NCBI GenBank assembly: GCA_052327205.1
Contig: CM126218.1
Span: 58,652,001 to 58,716,000, forward strand
Direction: 5' to 3'
DNA: 64,000 nucleotides
Source: Somniosus microcephalus
Taxonomy: Eukaryota
Shown: piece after piece, positions 60,900-64,000 of the stretch
Position numbering within the stretch: the stretch's first letter is position 1
How the letters are laid out: each line of letters starts with the position of its first letter
Translations under genes and position numbers: made by a program
The notes under the pieces: model-generated
Databases searched by the model: none
Told to the model about the DNA's origin: nothing
What the model saw: the letters and a program-made list of their open reading frames with translations, nothing else

Positions 60900-61800
60900 C
60901 TCCTGCTCAGTTTCCTCTTCTTCCTTCTGTGCCATGGCTTGTTGTGATCCTCCTGTACAAACCTAAATATGCTTCCTTCCACAGCTATCTTGTGTAAGTT
61001 GAAGCACACCGCTACTATTGTACCAACTCTCTCTGTGACATACTGTGGAGCATTCCTGGTATGGCTCCAAACGTTGGAATGGTTGTTTCAGCATGCTATA
61101 TGTTTGCTTTTACAAGGTTGCTGCCTCCTGCTTGCACTTTGTTGTAGGCTCTTTGCGGAGGTGTAAAGTGGGGGGGGGGGTTGCACATCGATATCACAAG
61201 CCCTATTTTAAGGCGGTAACCCATACGTTTGAGGAGTCAAATATTCAGCCTGTTGTCAACTTGGAGCAAGTGGAGAATTCACATTTTCCATTGAGAATTC
61301 CTCAGTGGTGGTCACAGACCACTTGGACATTTATACGGGCTATCCTTTTCTGCTGATGTCACGGGATATTCTAAACGTGCTTCACTGGAGACATGGGTGC
61401 ATATCGATTATCCCCTGTCCCTTAGGAACGTCATATCTTTCAAAGAAACCTTGTGTGCCTCTCGTGTTCTTGCTGCAACATGGCACTGAATTTAATAGTC
61501 ATGAATCAGGACATCTGTGACCTTAGTTATATAGTGGTGAATTCCAACTGGGTCATTCTTGCCAAGTCTCCAGTGTATGGAAGGGGCTTGTGACAAAAAA
61601 AGTGGAGTCTTGTCACTTCAACCACTATTGGCAGTGTAGTTTTGCTGTTATTCCTCTTATGCAGATCTGGTCTCAGGAGATGGCACATGATCTATGGCTT
61701 CCTTGGTGGGATGTAGCTCCCTTACTCTGTTCTCTTTGGCAAGGTTGGGTAGCTCTGCTGTCTATGGCAGATACATTGCTTGCAGTAGTAATGGATCCTC
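60900..61800 (-). pseudogene. Highly degenerate Harbinger transposase
   Basis: Minus-strand remnants across frameshifts, in the same order as in 14992-16032: PKGQGIID.TH near 61400, GYRL near 61215, and QTYSMLKQPF...QYVTERVGTIVAVCFNLHKIA at about 60985-61105. Boundaries approximate. Confidence 0.6.
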
Positions 61801-62764
61801 CTCCTCCTGTAACATCTCCAGCAAAGTAAACTTGTTGATGAACCCATGCTTATGTGTGAACTGAAACAGTTGAGTCACTCTTTAAAGTGTCTCTTGTTCT
61901 GCCCTTTGCTGGACCTCTGCTGACTCTCGCTGCCACCCCTGCTGGATCGATGATTATTGTCTCTGTTGTCTTGACACCACCTTTGTAACAAGCGTCATTA
62001 ATGTGATGTGGGCTGGGAAGCAAACATGAGTAAATTTGCACATTCGCCTTAATTAGTGAAGAGTAATTTAAAAAAATGTTAATTGGCTCTGTGCACTAAT
62101 GTACATTAAACCGGATTACTTCCTGGAGGTATATCAGGAGCATGGGCAAAAATGAGTGCCGATACACCAAATTAGCACACATTAATACAGATTTAGCACA
62201 TGCATTATCTCGAATGCACAAAAGAATTTTATTTCCCTAGGTGTCAGAAACAACATATCCAGAAGCTCGAAGATATTTTCTTTCCCAGATCAAATTAAGC
62301 AATATATTATGCAACTTTCCAAACATGAGAAATTGCTGCAATAAATCCAATTAAAAACAGTAGAAATGTGAGTCATTTCTTATCAATAAGCAGGCACATT
62401 ATAAGGATTGCAAACAAGAATCAAATAATTCTCTCTACAGATAAGCACAGGTAATATGCATATATCCACTGGTTTTTAGTTAATTGGTATAATGTCTCAC
62501 AATGTAACAAACCAATTCATTATAGAACAAGGAAATCCTACTGATTAAATCAATGAGAGCATTTGCAGTTGAAATCAACAAACTAATCTGATCTAAGATC
62601 AAACATACGCTTTGAATGTGAAAGTCAAGGAGATAAGCCATTCAGACTCTGTCATAATGAGGCGCTGGCTTAGTGAAAAAGGCAAACTTTTCCTCATTTA
62701 CTTAAAACATGAAGGGCTATAAGTGACATTGCGATGTAGCTCAGTGCTACTTGCACATGATATG

Positions 62765-63227
62765 AAAAAAGAAAGACTTGCATTTATATAGCGCCTTTCA
62801 TGACCACCAGACATCCCAAAGCGCTTTACAGCCAATTAAGTACTTTTTGAAGTGTAGTCACTGTTGTAATGTAGGTAACGTGGCAGCCAATTTGCGCACA
62901 GCAAGCTCCCACAAACTGCAATGTGATAATGACCAGATAATGTTTTTTTAGATGTTGATTGTGGGATAAAATATTGGCTAGGATACCAGGGTTAACTCCC
63001 CTGCTCTTCTTTGAAATAGTGCCATAGAATCTTTTACGTTCACTTAAGAGGCCAGACGGTTTAATGTCACATACGAAAGATGGCACCTTCAACAGTGCAG
63101 CACTCCCTCAGTACTGCACTGGAGTGTCAGCCGGGATCTTTGCGCTCCAGTCTCTGGAGTGGGACCTGAACCCACAACCTTCTAACTCAGAGATGAGAGT
63201 GCCACTAACTGAGCCATAGCTGACACA
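62765..63227 (-). mobile_element. tRNA-derived Deu-domain SINE (SacSINE1-like), full length
   Basis: Colinear with 33538-33968. Pol III A/B boxes in the head and an L2-like tail. Confidence 0.78.
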
Positions 63228-63783
63228 TGACAATAATAAAATAAAATAAAGGATGTTTTCTTCCCCCCAAACCCAAAAGAAGAACAAAGGCTTTCTCATA
63301 AAGACAATGCTCCTTTAATTTTATGGCTAAAATAGTTTTTCTATTTATATTGTTAAAAGGTGGGTGCTTGACAGTAATGATAATAAAAATAAACCATTCA
63401 AAGTTCAAGATTGCTGCTGCTGATGTCATCTATATTGATTGTTTTTGTACAGTTACTTCCAAACACTTATTATTTCTGGGATGTATGAGGACAACATGAA
63501 AGTGGAGAGGTTTTTGTGATTGTTCATCACAACAAAGTGCTATTTTGTTCACCTCATCTGTTTCTTATGTTGCCTAATATTCTTAATTGGTTTTGACTCC
63601 AGCTTGCAGTCTAAGGTATCTCGTTAGTGCACAGCCTCCTTGCTTTCATGACTACATACCCTAAAATCATACCCTGAAATCAGGTAACGTCCTTTTTGGC
63701 CGTAACACAATGCTATCATCAGTCAAGGGTCTGCTGCTTCAGTAAAACAGTACCCGATTCTGAACTGTAGTTTCACAGCTTAC

Positions 63784-63942
63784 CATGTTGTGGCTGCCAC
63801 CAGCGAAATGCTGTAGATATGGTTTTGGCTTCTGGGAGTAGTTCAATCGTTATTATTTGAGGTTGCAGAAAAGACATGTAGTCCAGCTCGCGCAGAACGT
63901 ACCAGGTTACTCCATTGTCATTGGTGTACTGCACAATAATTC
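63784..63942 (-). CDS. RELN: Reelin coding exon (159 bp, phase 1/1), end of repeat 3
   Basis: Translates [53 protein letters not shown], a BNR/Asp-box Reelin motif. Bounded by AG/GT. Confidence 0.95.
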
Positions 63943-64000
63943 CTATATTTGGAGAAAGAAATAGGATTAAGTGTGACCCCAGGATTTTGCTTTACACTGG

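Overview
This is eukaryotic, vertebrate DNA. The repeat families point to a cartilaginous fish, but that host assignment is inference. The backbone is 15 consecutive, phase-compatible coding exons of Reelin (RELN) on the minus strand: 2758 nt, about 919 codons, covering the end of Reelin repeat 3 to the first half of repeat 6. The introns hold many transposable elements: four Ty3/Gypsy LTR elements from two families, CR1, L2, RTE and Tx1 LINE fragments, Deu-domain SINEs, Harbinger elements, hAT and Tc1/mariner MITEs, and Penelope-like fragments. Main observations: (1) One young Gypsy family (42755-47120 with identical LTRs, plus a truncated relative at 16953-18211) has no tRNA primer-binding site. 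Instead, a 14-nt segment 1 nt after the 5' LTR is the exact complement of the AATAAA-containing part of its own LTR, with a compensatory base change between the two copies, suggesting self-priming and/or masking of the poly(A) signal. (2) Minimal hammerhead ribozyme cores occur in Penelope-like fragments, and the two intact copies lie on the RELN sense strand. (3) A three-level RTE > Gypsy > Gypsy nest. (4) A one-ended Gypsy insertion flanked by a 95-bp duplication inside a Harbinger Myb gene, which may also act as an in-frame splice trap for RELN. All coordinates were read by eye and no database searches were run.
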